NCBI GenBank assembly: GCA_030704615.1
Contig: CM060732.1
Coordinates: 1,364,001-1,428,000, forward strand
Direction: 5' to 3'
From: Takakia lepidozioides
Taxonomy: Eukaryota; Plantae; Bryophyta
DNA: 64,000 nt
Shown: piece by piece, positions 26,675 through 38,033 of the stretch
Layout: every line of letters begins with the position of its first letter
How positions within the stretch are numbered: position 1 is the stretch's first letter
Translations under genes and position numbers: made by a program
The notes under the pieces: generated by a model
Told to the model about the DNA's origin: nothing
What the model saw: only the letters and a program-made list of their open reading frames with translations
The model's database searches: none

Positions 26675-27880
26675 AAATGCGGCGCCGCATTTCCGTTAAG
26701 TACCAGCCCGAAGCTACACATACCGTACTTGTTGGACGAAAATGCGGCACCGCATTTCAGTTCCACCTTCACATACCTTAGTTGTTGAACGGAAATGCGG
26801 TGCCGCATTTCAGTTCCCGTGGTTCATGACTTTCAATCAGAACGGAAATGCGGTACCGCATTTCCGTTCCACCTTAATACCTTAGTTGTTGAACGGAAAT
26901 GTCGTGCCGCATTTCCGTTCTGGAGAGTATGAAGGTCTTATCCGGACGGAAATACGGTGCCGCATTTCCGTCCCACAGCTCCATGCCTCACATGCAAAAC
27001 GGAAATGCGGCGCCGCATTTCCGTTCTGGAATGTCGGAAGGTGCACCTCCGACGGAAATGCGGTACCGCATTTCAGTTCCGATGGTTCACAATTTTCAGT
27101 CAGAACGGAAATGCGGTGCCGCATTTCCGTTCTGGAATGTCGGAAGGTGCGACTCGGATGGAAATGCGGTGCCGCATTTCAGTTCCGATGGTTCACGATT
27201 TTCAGTCAGAACGGAAATGCGGTGCCGCATTTCCGTTCTGGAATGTCGGAAGGTGCGACTCGGACGGAAATGCGGTGCCGCATTTCAGTTCCGATGGTTC
27301 ACGGTTTTTAGTCAGAACGGATATGCGGTACCGCATTTCCGTTCAGGAGAGTATGAAGGTCTCAACCAGACGGAAATGTTGTGCCGCATTTCCGTTCTGG
27401 AATGTCGGAAGGTGCGACTCGGACGGAAATGCGGTGCCGCATTTCAATTCCCGTGGTTCATGATTTCAATCAGAACGGAAATGCGGTACCGCATTTCCGT
27501 TCCACCTTCACATACCTTAGTTGTTGAACGGAAATGCCGTGTCGCATTTCCGTCCCACAGCTCCATGCCTCACATACAAAACGAAAATGGGGCGCCGCAT
27601 TTCCGTTCTGGAATGTCAGAAGGTGTGACTCGGACAAAAATGTTGTGCCGCATTTCAGTTCCAGTGGTTCATGATTTTCAATCAGAACGGAAAAGCGGTA
27701 CCGCATTTCCGTTCCACTGTCACATACCGTACTTGTTGGATGGAAATGCGGCACTGCATTTCCGTTCTGGAGAGTATAAAGGTTTCCCCCGGATGGAAAC
27801 TCGGTGCCGGTTTTCCGTCACACTAGTGCATGACTAAGATGCAAAACGGAAATGCGGCGCCGTATTTCCATCCAAGGAGG
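26675..27880. repeat. 53-bp-period array of about 23 GGAAATGCGG-YR-CCGCATTTCC palindromes
   Basis: Motif starts at 27001, 27054, 27107, 27160 and onward. Alternating spacers give a 106-bp higher-order unit. Confidence 0.95.
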
Positions 27881-28814
27881 TCCCGGTGGTGCGAAACAAC
27901 GGCAGACGGCATGGTTTCTGTGTCCATCTCTCCTCCCTGCTCTCTCAAGACCTGGTTCTCCACTCGCAGTGCTTCCTCCCGAGGAGGTTAGCTATTTCAT
28001 GAGCATGAGCGGCATGAGCGGAGTAGTAAGACAATCGGTTTTCAAGAGCAGAAGTACAAATTCCACAAATGAAAAACATTAAAAAAAATTATTTTAATGG
28101 GATGTGTCAGAAAAAACAAAAAATAACAAAAAATAACCAATATAATATTCGTTGTTTGAAGTAGAAATTGTAGTTTTGAGAGCCGTGCTCATGATATTTC
28201 GTTTTCCGCTCATGCGAATTCCGAGCGACATCTGCAAAAATGGTGTCGAATTTCGCGGTAATAGGTTCCGCAAGCAGAAAAATCGGCGACGTATTGCGCG
28301 GTAATAGGTGACTCTGGCGAAAAATGGTGCCGAATTTTGCGGTTATAGGTCCCAACTTCACTGAAGTGTAAGCCCAAAATTTGGAAATGTGGCGCCGAAT
28401 TTCGGTACATGGTTCCGGGCATTGCACAAATGTTGGGCAGTTCTGGGCCATGTAACTGGAAATTCGGTGCCAAAACATCGTCTCCAGACAATGTTGGAAC
28501 TTAGCCAGTTTTTGGCCCGAAAAAAGGAAATTCGGCGTCATTTTTCCATAAATGGCCCCCTCAACTGCAACTGTTGGAACTCAGTTTTCTGGAAGCTTTG
28601 CAAATTTTTCCTGCCGCCATCTTTGAATTGATTTTGTTTCGACATTGAATTGCCACTGGACTTCAACGGATATCCAATAGTCCCTAGTGTTTAAAAGACA
28701 TCACTTTAATATTGTCTGTCTCATTCCAGGAGTTTTGGGGTGCAATTCATTACACTGCAAAACAAAGTCTAATGCATAAAAATGCAATTGCAAATATCCA
28801 TATGGTGGATTCCC

Positions 28815-29340
28815 TGGACATTCGGTGAACAAACGTGGGACACCGACTCCAGCAATGCCTCCATTTCCTTCTCATCGAGAGGAACTCTGTCGGAGCCGTC
28901 TTCCGACATAATTCTGGCCAATGCCATCTTATGGGCAGCCTGCAGCTGTATCTGTTTGGGTTTGGCACCAGGTCTCAACCTAACCTCCTCCTGAACAAGC
29001 TGCTTTGCCACGTGGGCAGCCTCCCGCGAGTTCCCCCTCGCCAATTTGTGACAATGGGAACCAACGTGTATGCAAGCTCGTGTGAGGTCAGGGAAACGGT
29101 GCAACACATAGAACTGCTCGGCATTACAAACAGATATGCAATGTGTGGACATGACTGGAGGCAGCTAACAAGACATGGGAGGCCAAGCTCATAGGAGTCA
29201 ATACACGAGATCCCAAGCTCAAGTTCACAAGTTGCAAGACGGCGACTAACGATGGGGCAACTCTTGCACCCGGCCTCTTGATCTATCGAGTTTGAGTGTA
29301 GTAGGGACAGTGGTGGAGGACTTAATGAGGCTATGGTAAC
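28815..29340 (-). pseudogene. Transposase N-terminal part with a WRKY/GCM-like zinc finger
   Basis: C...CNAEQFYVLHRFPDLTRACIHVGSHCH...AKPKQIQLQAAHKMALARIMSEDG...SPNV. The last ~45 aa are nearly identical to the start of the element A transposase. Confidence 0.75.
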
Positions 29341-29350
29341 TATCACATCT

Positions 29351-31012
29351 TGTGGTTACCTGAACTTAGAGGGACCTAAGCACCAGCTAGGGGGGCGATT
29401 GTGTGGACTAGTGACTGCCATAGTGGGCAGCATAGTGGCAGCCTAGTGACTGACTAGTTGTAGCCTAGTGGTTGAACTAGTGGTATACTAGTGTGTGGTG
29501 TGCACACGTGTTGTGTGGTTTTGGATAGCGATGTAGTTGTGTAGCGATATGTATGCGCACGACAGCTGTCAAGTTATTTTACCACTAGTGTGAAACTAGC
29601 TAGGAAATAGCTAGCTTTTACATATTGACATTTGGAGTGTCAATCCAGGGGTCAAGGCAGATTTAGGCCCTGGAGTGGTTATCTTCACGGCAAATGCGAG
29701 AGGCTCATCTTTCTTGAGTTGAGCCTCACCGCGCCTAGCTATGGCGCCGTAGTGTGGATTCCCCATGGCATGGGGTGCACTTGGCTTGACTTGTATTTGA
29801 GTGATGAGGTTATATATGCATGAGTTTATGCTTCAGATTTGTGAGCTCGTGCTTGTATTCTTCTTCTTTATCATTGTGTGGACTAGTGATTGCCATAGTG
29901 GGCAGCATAGTGGCAGCCTAGTGACTGACTAGTTGTAGCCTAGTGGTTGGACTAGTGGTATACTAGTGTGTGGTGTGCACACGTGTTGTGTGGTTTTAGA
30001 TAGCGATGTAGTTGTGTAGCGATATGTATGCGCACGACAGCTGTCAAGTTATTTTACCACTAGTGTGAAACTAGCTAGGAAATAGCTAGCTTTTACATAT
30101 TGACATTTGGAGTGTCAATCCAGGGGTCAAGGCAGATTTAGGCCCTGGAGTGGTTATCTTCACGGCAAGCGCGGGAGGCTCATCTTTCTTGAGTTGAGCC
30201 TCACCGCGCCTAGCTATGGCGCCATAGTGAGGATTCCCCATGGTGTGGGGTGCACTTGGCTTGACTTGTATTTGAGTGATGAGGTTATATATGCATGAGT
30301 TTATGCTTCAGATTTGTGAGCTCGTGCTTGTATTCTTCTTCTTTATCATTGTGTGGACTAGTGATTGCCATAGTGGGCAGCATAGTGGCAGCCTAGTGAC
30401 TGACTAGTTGTAGCCTAGTGGTTGGACTAGTGGTATACTAGTGTGTGGTGTGCACATGTGTTGTGTGGTTTTGGACAGCGATGTAGTTGTGTAGCGATAT
30501 GTATGCGCACGACAGCTGTCAAGTTATTTTACCACTAGTGTGAAACTAGCTAGGAAATAGCTAGCTTTTACATATTGACATTTGGAGTGTCAATCCAGGG
30601 GTCAAGGCAGATTTAGGCCCTGGAGTGGTTATCTTCACGGCAAGCGCGGGAGGCTCATCTTTCTTGAGTTGAGCCTCACCGCGCCTAGCTATGGCGCCGT
30701 AGTGAGGATTCCCCATGGCGTGGGGTGCACTTGGCTTGACTTGTATTTGAGTGATGAGGTTATATATGCATGAGTTTATGCTTCAGATTTGTGAGCTCGT
30801 GCTTGTATTCTTCTTCTTTATCATTGTGTGGACGAGTGACTGCCATAGTGGGCAGCATAGTGGCAGCCTAGTGACTGACTAGTTGTAGCCTAGTGGTTGG
30901 ACTAGTGGCTCGACTAGTGGTGGACTAGTGGTATACTAGTGTGTGGTGTGCACATGTGTTGTGTGGTTTTGGACAACGATGTAGTTGTGTAGCGATATGT
31001 ATGTGCACGACA
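29351..31012 (+). repeat. 475-bp tandem array of LTR-like units (3 full plus 1 partial)
   Basis: Near-identical units. Each runs TGTC...CACGACA (29567-30039, 30042-30514, 30517-31012), joined by GC. Related to the solo LTR at 42140-42599. Confidence 0.9.
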
Positions 31013-31329
31013 CAATCATTACGGCGTCTGACAAGAAGCGTGGGGGGGGCGAGCGTGCAAGCACCTTCCCCTTGGACAGAGGGAACTGATAGAGGTGGCA
31101 TTCCAGTGGGTCTGATTACAAGATTGAGTGCCAGACCCTCGCTCCCAAAAGTCAACATACAACAAAATGCAACATTGCGCAAAAAGTGGAACTTTGGTTC
31201 AAATGAGACATTTTTATTAATAATGAACTGTGACAAGTATGCATGCCCTCACAAGCCGAGGGAAGCCAAAAGTATGCATTCCATCCATGCTCAGGTAAGT
31301 TGGGAATTTTTTCTCGTGTTGCACTATCC

Positions 31330-31896
31330 TCACCAAGAAGCTGGAACCTCCATTGGCCTCTCAACAAGCTCATGACTGACAGGGTGTCGATAGGTGAAGA
31401 CAATGGATGCAGCCCGTTCTGCTTTGGTGTAGTGGACAACGGTGTCATGTCCTTCGATATATGCACCATCATAAATCGAGATCTTTGATGTGGAGAGACT
31501 GTGTCCATAGGACTCATCCTCGTAGCTTATGAGAATGTCCCCATACACGGTTTGCGATGGAATCCTCTCTGGCATGTACGTACACCCGATGCAATCCTCG
31601 TAGGCCCACTGGCAGCACCTCCAATGATGTAGGAAGGCCGTGCGGCTTTTGGGGATGTTCCATGTAGGTGGATACTGCAGATCAACGATTCGTAGGCTCC
31701 AAAGCCGCGCAAGCCCGTCCCCGCGAGGCTGATCGTGGAAGCCAGGAAGGTACTCAAGAGCGGACAGGTGCACCCTCCTCTGCTGAGAGTGGTCTATCCA
31801 ATCCTGCAGGTATATGAAAATATCCCCTCACTTGGGCGAGAAGTCCCACGGGGTGCGATGCTTGTTTGGGCAGTTAATGGGATCCCGGCACGCCAT
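31330..31896 (-). pseudogene. Accessory 'gene X' copy 4, one in-frame TGA
   Basis: MACRDPINCPNKH...*GDIFIY...LSALEYLPG...CCQWAYEDCIG...YGDILISYEDE...YRHPVSHELVERPMEVPASW. Confidence 0.8.
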
Positions 31897-32149
31897 CGAG
31901 GACTACTGAAAGGGCTGCCAGGAAGCAGAGAGGGTGCGCAGGGAAGGGGGAGTGCGGGGAAGATGAGGAGCTCGGAGCGAGGAAGTGTTGTTGTTGTCTC
32001 GGTTTGAAACGCGTGGGTCACGAGCGAAGGTCGGGCAAGTGGCAAAGGAAAAGAGCACCATTTAATATAACCGTACCCAGGAATGAGGCGCAGAATTTAC
32101 TTCGACACGACGTCCAATCGGAGGGTGACGGCCCCACGTGCCTGCTAGA

Positions 32150-32915
32150 GAAGATCCCCCGGATGGAAAAACGGCGCCGAATTTCCATCCGAGGGCGCAC
32201 GGATGAAGTCGTCTCGGGGGGAGAGGCTGACACCTGGCCGACAGAGAAGATCCCCCAGATGGAAAAACGGCGCCGAATTTCCATCCGAGGGCGCACGGAT
32301 GAAGTCGTCTTGGGGGGAGAGGCTGACACCTGACCGACAGAGAAGATCCCCCGGATGGAAAAACGGCGCCGAATTTCCATCCACAGACGCCCGTATCGGC
32401 CCTGCATCAACATTTTTTAGTCGTTGCATCAAGTTTTTCGCGTTTTTTTGTCTGGTTACACACTAAACTTGGAGTTTTTTTTGTTTTTTTTGTTTTTTTT
32501 CTGCAGGCCACTTTTGGCACGTTATTCCCACCATTCTCGTCCGCTAAAGACAAATTCGGTGCCTGTTTTCCATCGATGAGGTGGACCGAATTACCTGCAG
32601 GATGGAAATTCGGCGCCGGCTTTCCATCCGCCGTGCTCCGTCTTTCTTGCAGGATGAAAATTCGGTGTTGATTTTCCATCCGGCCGCGGTTCCGCTTACC
32701 TGCTAAATGGAAATTCGGCGCCGGTTTTCCATCCGGCCGCGGTTCCGCTTACCTGCTAAATGGAAATTCGGCGCCGGTTTCCCATCCGGCTGCGCTCCGA
32801 ATTACCTTCAGGATGGAAATTCGGCGCCGGTTTTCCATCTTGCGTCTCCTGGATGAAAACGGCTCGGGCGGAGGGAGGGCCACGTTGCGTCCTACTTCAT
32901 CCGCTGGATAGAAAT
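32150..32915. repeat. Intergenic array of GGATGGAAA-N3-GGCGCC-N3-TTTCCATCC sites
   Basis: 96-bp units at 32165, 32261 and 32357, plus about 7 further sites to 32915. Lies between divergently oriented genes. Confidence 0.9.
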
Positions 32916-33013
32916 TCAACTGCGTTTGTGGCCGACTGTGATGCTTGGATGAAGTTTCATTCGAGGCATGTACGCATGCATACTGCGGGAGATTTTTTCT
33001 TTTGCTGGGACTT

Positions 33014-36000
33014 ATGCCGCGTGGAGAAGGGCGTGGCTCTCCTGAGAGAAACCCCACATCCAGACCGCGGCGGAAACTGAAGGCTTTGTACTACGGGCGG
33101 CGTCCAACCTCTCGCATGGCCAAACTGAAGCTCCAGCAGGAGATCCCATTGTCTTGCTCACAGCCCGCGCCAACTGAAGCCGAGCACTCTCAGGCAAGCC
33201 CCTTCCTCTTTCGCTTTGTGTAACATGTGCGGTCTTCTTCGCTTGTTTTTCGTTTGTTTTGGCATCTTCAGCCTGGCAGCCCTGGAAGTGCATGGTTGCA
33301 TCGCAAAAGCACGAGTTGGTGAGAAGAATAATCAAGGTCAGAGGGGTTAGAAAGGAGCCAGGTCGTTGCTGCATTGAGATTTGCAACAGGGTGCACACCT
33401 TCGCTGTAGATGACAGGTTGCATCCCGGAATGAAGGAAATCCATGCTGAGCTGAGAAGATTGTCTGGGCAGATGAAATGCCTTCAAAACATTTCACCCTG
33501 TTTTCCCGTCTTATTGAAATCGGGTTCATTTGTTCATCGTGTTTCATGTTCATTTCTGCAAGTTACTGGTTGAGTGAACCTTAGATAGTTTGCAATGCGT
33601 GTGCAAAGCCGGCAGCTCTGGAGAAGGCTGCTTCTGCATGTGATTCTTAGGCATTGCTTGGGTTTGTTTTCATTGTTGTTCCATGCCACTCCATACTTGG
33701 TTTTGTTTTGTTTTCATTGTTGTTCCACGATTGTTGCGATGGTGGTTGCGATGCTCGTTGCGATGGTGGTTTTCATTGCGATGTTGATTCTCACGATTGT
33801 TGGGGATGACAAAGTGACGACGAGCCTGACACGCTGGTGGTATCATTGATAGCTCCAACTGCTCGAGCAGTCACTCCAAAAGCCGCTACTCATCGCATGT
33901 TTGGATCGCCCAACTTGGGGCGGGAGGGCAAACTAAATCTTTCTCCTTTTGTTGGTGGACGGGAGGACCTGCAGCGAGAGTACGACAGAATAGGCATTCG
34001 GGAGGTTGGTGCACACGGCATGGCAGGTGAAGGGCGTCGGATGAGGACAGCAGATCCGGCAATGGAGGAAGCTGATGCACATGCAGTAGGGCCCGCCCAT
34101 GCAAAGAAGAAGAAGAAAGCCAAGCACATGCAATCCCCGGCAAGAGAGCCGTCACGGGCTGCAGAGGGGGGAGTGAGCAGGGTCGGCAAGGGTGTCAGTT
34201 TGCCTCAATCAAAGGTGGTCGTCCTGGAGGCCTCCCCTGCTGCTACCCCTAGTAAGAAACAGAAGGCCCGTGAGAGGGCAAAGGAGAGGGCAAAAGAATA
34301 GGCGAGACAAAAGGCTAGCTAGGAGGCAAGAGAAAAGGCCACTGAAGAGGCCAAGGGTGCCGAAATGACAGATGCCCATGTAAGCAAGGGACGCATAGAG
34401 ACGGTGGATCCCTCCAAGACACCACAAACAGGTAGTAACACACCGGTTACACCATCGCGGGTGGGAGCAGCCCCCACAATTACCCATACGGTGGAGACTA
34501 GAGGAGGGGAAAGAACACCACAAAGAGCACGGATTGTGGAAGTTCGAGGTGAAGCCGGGGAGAGGGCAGTAGAGATGGGGAGAGTGCTCGAGGTGGTTCT
34601 GGCGGTGGTTGACCATGTCGAGGACGACGAGAGGGAGCTTTCTGACCAGGATGACATCCTCCCGGACATCCCCAGGCCCCAAACCCGGAGCATACAGGCT
34701 GGATTTGGCGGTCCTGGTGGGCTGGCGGAGAACCCCCCTGCAACAGACGTCATGTCGGAGGCGGATATGAAGTTAGCCGCTGCCAAGATGTTGGAGGCAA
34801 CCCATAGCAACATTGGCAGGGTCCTGGGGGGCATGGTGTACCCGGCCAAGCTTTGGATTTCCCTTTGCCGCTTGGTTTCATTGCAGGTGGTGAGACCTGC
34901 CCTCCCAGGCGATATCGACAAGCTGAAATTCTCTTTCCGGGAGGGATATCGAATGGGGTCTGCCGCGTTTTACATTTCCATGGAGAACGACCATGGAGCT
35001 TCTCGTGCCCACACTTCCGATGAGGTGGACAAATGGGGTCCCCATTGGCAAAGGCGAAATGAGGAGTTCGAGAGATTGATTGCTACTGATCCTCTTTTCC
35101 AGCACTTGTCCGGAAAGATGTTTTACGTGTGGGACGGCAATCATCGCCTCCTGGCATGGATGGAGTACATAGCCCAAGCCCACCCCAACGACCTGGATTG
35201 GCATTTCACCGTGGAGTGTGTTGTGTTGAAGGTTGCGGGGCCCAAAGATCGCAGTCTTCTCAAAGCGGCAATGGCAGACATCAACTCGTAAGTTACAATG
35301 CCTCTTGCTTTGGTACTTTGAATTTGAAACAGTCATTTCATTGCCAATTGTCATATCTGTTGCAAATTCTCATTTCTGTATTGTTTAATGGAAATGTGGC
35401 ATTGCAGGGTGACTGAGAATGCCTTCATTGCCACCAACTTGTCCCATATGCTCTTCCGAGTGAAGGATGTTGGGAAGCAGGGGGTGCAAGAGTTTGCCAA
35501 TTCGCTCGACCTCCTGCGCAAGTCGGAGGCAAAGGCAGACAAAACCTGGTATAGGCTGAGCATGGACGCCATGGTGGACTACATATTTTGGGTAAAGCTC
35601 TTGATTGTTTTGTTCAGCTTATCTGTCTCTCCTCCCCCAATAGAAGAAAAAGTGTTGACCAAGATTTCTAATCTTATCTACGCATTCTTGACAGACGAAA
35701 ATTCAGCAGGATTTGGCACATGCACGGAGGTTCTACATGTAGTCAGAGGAGAAGAAACTAACCCTCCCGGCACTGGAATCGTATCTGAAAGCTGCGGAGG
35801 CGAAGGCCCGCATAAAGTACAAGTCGAGGATGGTAAAGTAGGTGGCCATAGCTGATCCCGCCCTTGGTGTCAACTTTCTAGTGGAGGTGGGGAAGCACTA
35901 CTCCCGCGCTCTGAAGCCCACAATGACATTGGAGAAGCTGCATCGTCTAGCCACATCTTGTGTGGATGCAACAGAAAAGGTTATACATTCTTAATCAAAT

Positions 36001-37821
36001 TGTCGTGGCATCAATTCGTTTTTGTGGTGTTTGGCGCTTACTAATATGCTGGGTGGTTGGACAGACCCGATGGCTCCAAATCTGGAATGGTTCCCAAAGT
36101 ACAAGGGACATGTGGAGCTTCCCCAAACCCGACAAACTGTCTGACCCCACATTCAACATGTGGATGAACCGCATGACCTGGTGGTTTCAAGTACTTTCCC
36201 AAGCTTCATTTGGGGCTTCTACTCTTGTATCGAATCGATTTATTGTATTTTTTGAGGAAAGCGGTTTGATGGAGAATCTCCATAGGTGACGAGGAATGCG
36301 CAAGAGCAACTTGACACACAAGCACATCAGTTCAAGCTGGAGATATCTGGTGAAGCAGAGAGCCTACGCGACTATGTGACGAAGTACTTTCTACTCTACA
36401 AAACCGACCTATTCTTTCGAGAGATACCCCATGCCCGTCGGAGCCACGAGTTCACCGACCAGCCGAACGCGGACAAAGCGGCAATGCGCCTTCTGTACAA
36501 GTACATACGCAATGTCTTTCTTTTTAGTCCCTACATTTCGAGGATGCAAGAGGCCTTATGTGGCGCATGAAAATTAGTTGAGAAGAAGTCCTTGGAAAAA
36601 TGGTGCCGAATTTCCGGATTCGGGCCCTGGGGGATGGCTATCCAGGGGGTGGCTGGCACTCAGTCTGGAAATTTTGCCCCATTTTTTCAGTTGCAAGCCC
36701 AGTTAGATCTGGGACTTAGCCATTTTCGGCCCCAACCTGGGAAAATGGCGCCGAATTTCCAGTTGAGGGCCCCGAAAATGGTTGTCCCTAGGGTGGCTGG
36801 CACCGAAACCGGAAATTCGGCGCCATTTTTCCAGTTCCGGGCCCAGTCAGTTCTGGGACTTAGCTATTTTCGGCCCCAACCTAGGAAAATGGTCATGGGG
36901 ACATGCTCGGATGTCCAAGGGCGGATTCTTAACCTCACATGCGGCACGAGTAAGCCTTCACGTGCACAGTTTGTCCCTTGGCCCGATTGCAATTGCATGC
37001 CGCATGCTACTAACCGCCCGCTTTGTCCCTCAGGTGCTTCAATGTGGGCAGGGACGTTGTTCGACAGGCATGTCCTTCGAGCCAGATACTGCCCTCCACA
37101 ACTCCGAACTTGCAGCGGTTGAACGTCTGCCGAAAGAGGAAGAGGCATCCTCAGAGGATGAGGAAGAATCCGACAAGGAGCAGGGGGAGGTACAAGTTGG
37201 GATCGAGGCCGAAGAGCCCCCGGTTTACGAGTGAGTGGTCGCATTGTAAGTTGCCTCCTGATTTCGTGAGGCACCTCCCTTCACTCTCTTATTTCATTGA
37301 AAGACCCTTTTTTGCTTCTGCTGGTATTGACATTCTTAAAGTGGATTTGTTCTTACTGCAGGATGTCAAGTACTGCAGGAGGGACGTCTACACCGCAGTT
37401 CATGGGCAGGAGGAATGTGCCTTTTTTTGCCAGGGGGGATTTCGTGCCTAGTCCAGAAAGGGACTACATCCTTCCTACTTATGCTGCCCGGCTTGCTTCG
37501 GTGTCCATTAGGAGGTCTTCCGAACCTAGTCGTGTACAGCAGATTTTAGACGAGGCAAGCCTCAAGAAAATGAAGATGAGGGAGGAAGAAGTAGCTATTA
37601 GAGCCCATCAGGCTCGTAGATTTGTCTTGGATTCTGCTGAGGAAAGTGGGGGAGAAGAGGCAGAAGATTCCCAGGAGGTGAGGTGGACAGTCCCCCAAGG
37701 AGAGGACGAAATTTTTGAGAGGCATAGTGGAACTGATGCATCACAGAGCTCGGAGGATGGGGGGGATGAGGGGGATGAGGAGGAAGGTGGGGCAAGTTCC
37801 TCGGAGGGTGTAGGAGAATAG
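33014..37821 (+). pseudogene. ParB-methyltransferase gene copy C; internal deletion at ~36890 removes the motif IV exons
   Basis: Exon-by-exon homology to copy B (RRKLKALYYGRRP, VRPALPGDIDKLKFSFREGY, YVWDGNHRLLAW, VTENAF, LEKLH, WMNRMTWWFQ, KAAMRLLY). It then jumps to TCSDVQGRILNLTCGT | GASMWAG..DRHV. Confidence 0.85.
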
Positions 37822-38033
37822 TGCCCATTCCGGCTATGACAGTTATGACACACTTGTATAGATGTGGCTTGCCACAAAATTTGCAATAAAAATGTTGCAT
37901 TTCATTGTTATGACGAGTCCACTGGTTCCACATTCCAACTTCACATGACCCTATTTATGTGCCTCCTAACCCTATTTCCGTGGACACACAATGGTCCACT
38001 CATGCTCATGCCGCTCATGAAATAACAGCCCCC

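Larger units (their letters stand above)
18329..27980 (-). mobile_element. Element B: diverged subfamily member (right terminus, two gene X copies, ParB-methyltransferase gene, two palindrome arrays)
   Basis: Terminus GGGGGGCTGCTATTTCATGAGC. Its subterminal GTGTCCGCGGGAATAGGGTTTAGG matches the reverse complement of the C right end. Truncated where element C begins. Confidence 0.82.
27981..38033 (+). mobile_element. Element C: ~10-kb copy with both termini, internally deleted
   Basis: Left end GCTATTTCATGAGCATGAGCGGCATGAGC (27991) and right end GCTCATGCCGCTCATGAAATAACAGCCCCC (to 38033) are inverted repeats. Contains the transposase N-terminus, gene X, an array and the ParB-MTase gene. Confidence 0.85.

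Noticed and set aside
26675-27880. CRISPR-like appearance of regularly spaced palindromes
   Set aside because: Spacers are copies of each other rather than unique, no cas genes are present, and the context is intron-containing plant DNA.
29632-30773. Three near-identical 63-aa ORFs
   Set aside because: They are by-products of the 475-bp repeat, with TTG starts and no protein features.
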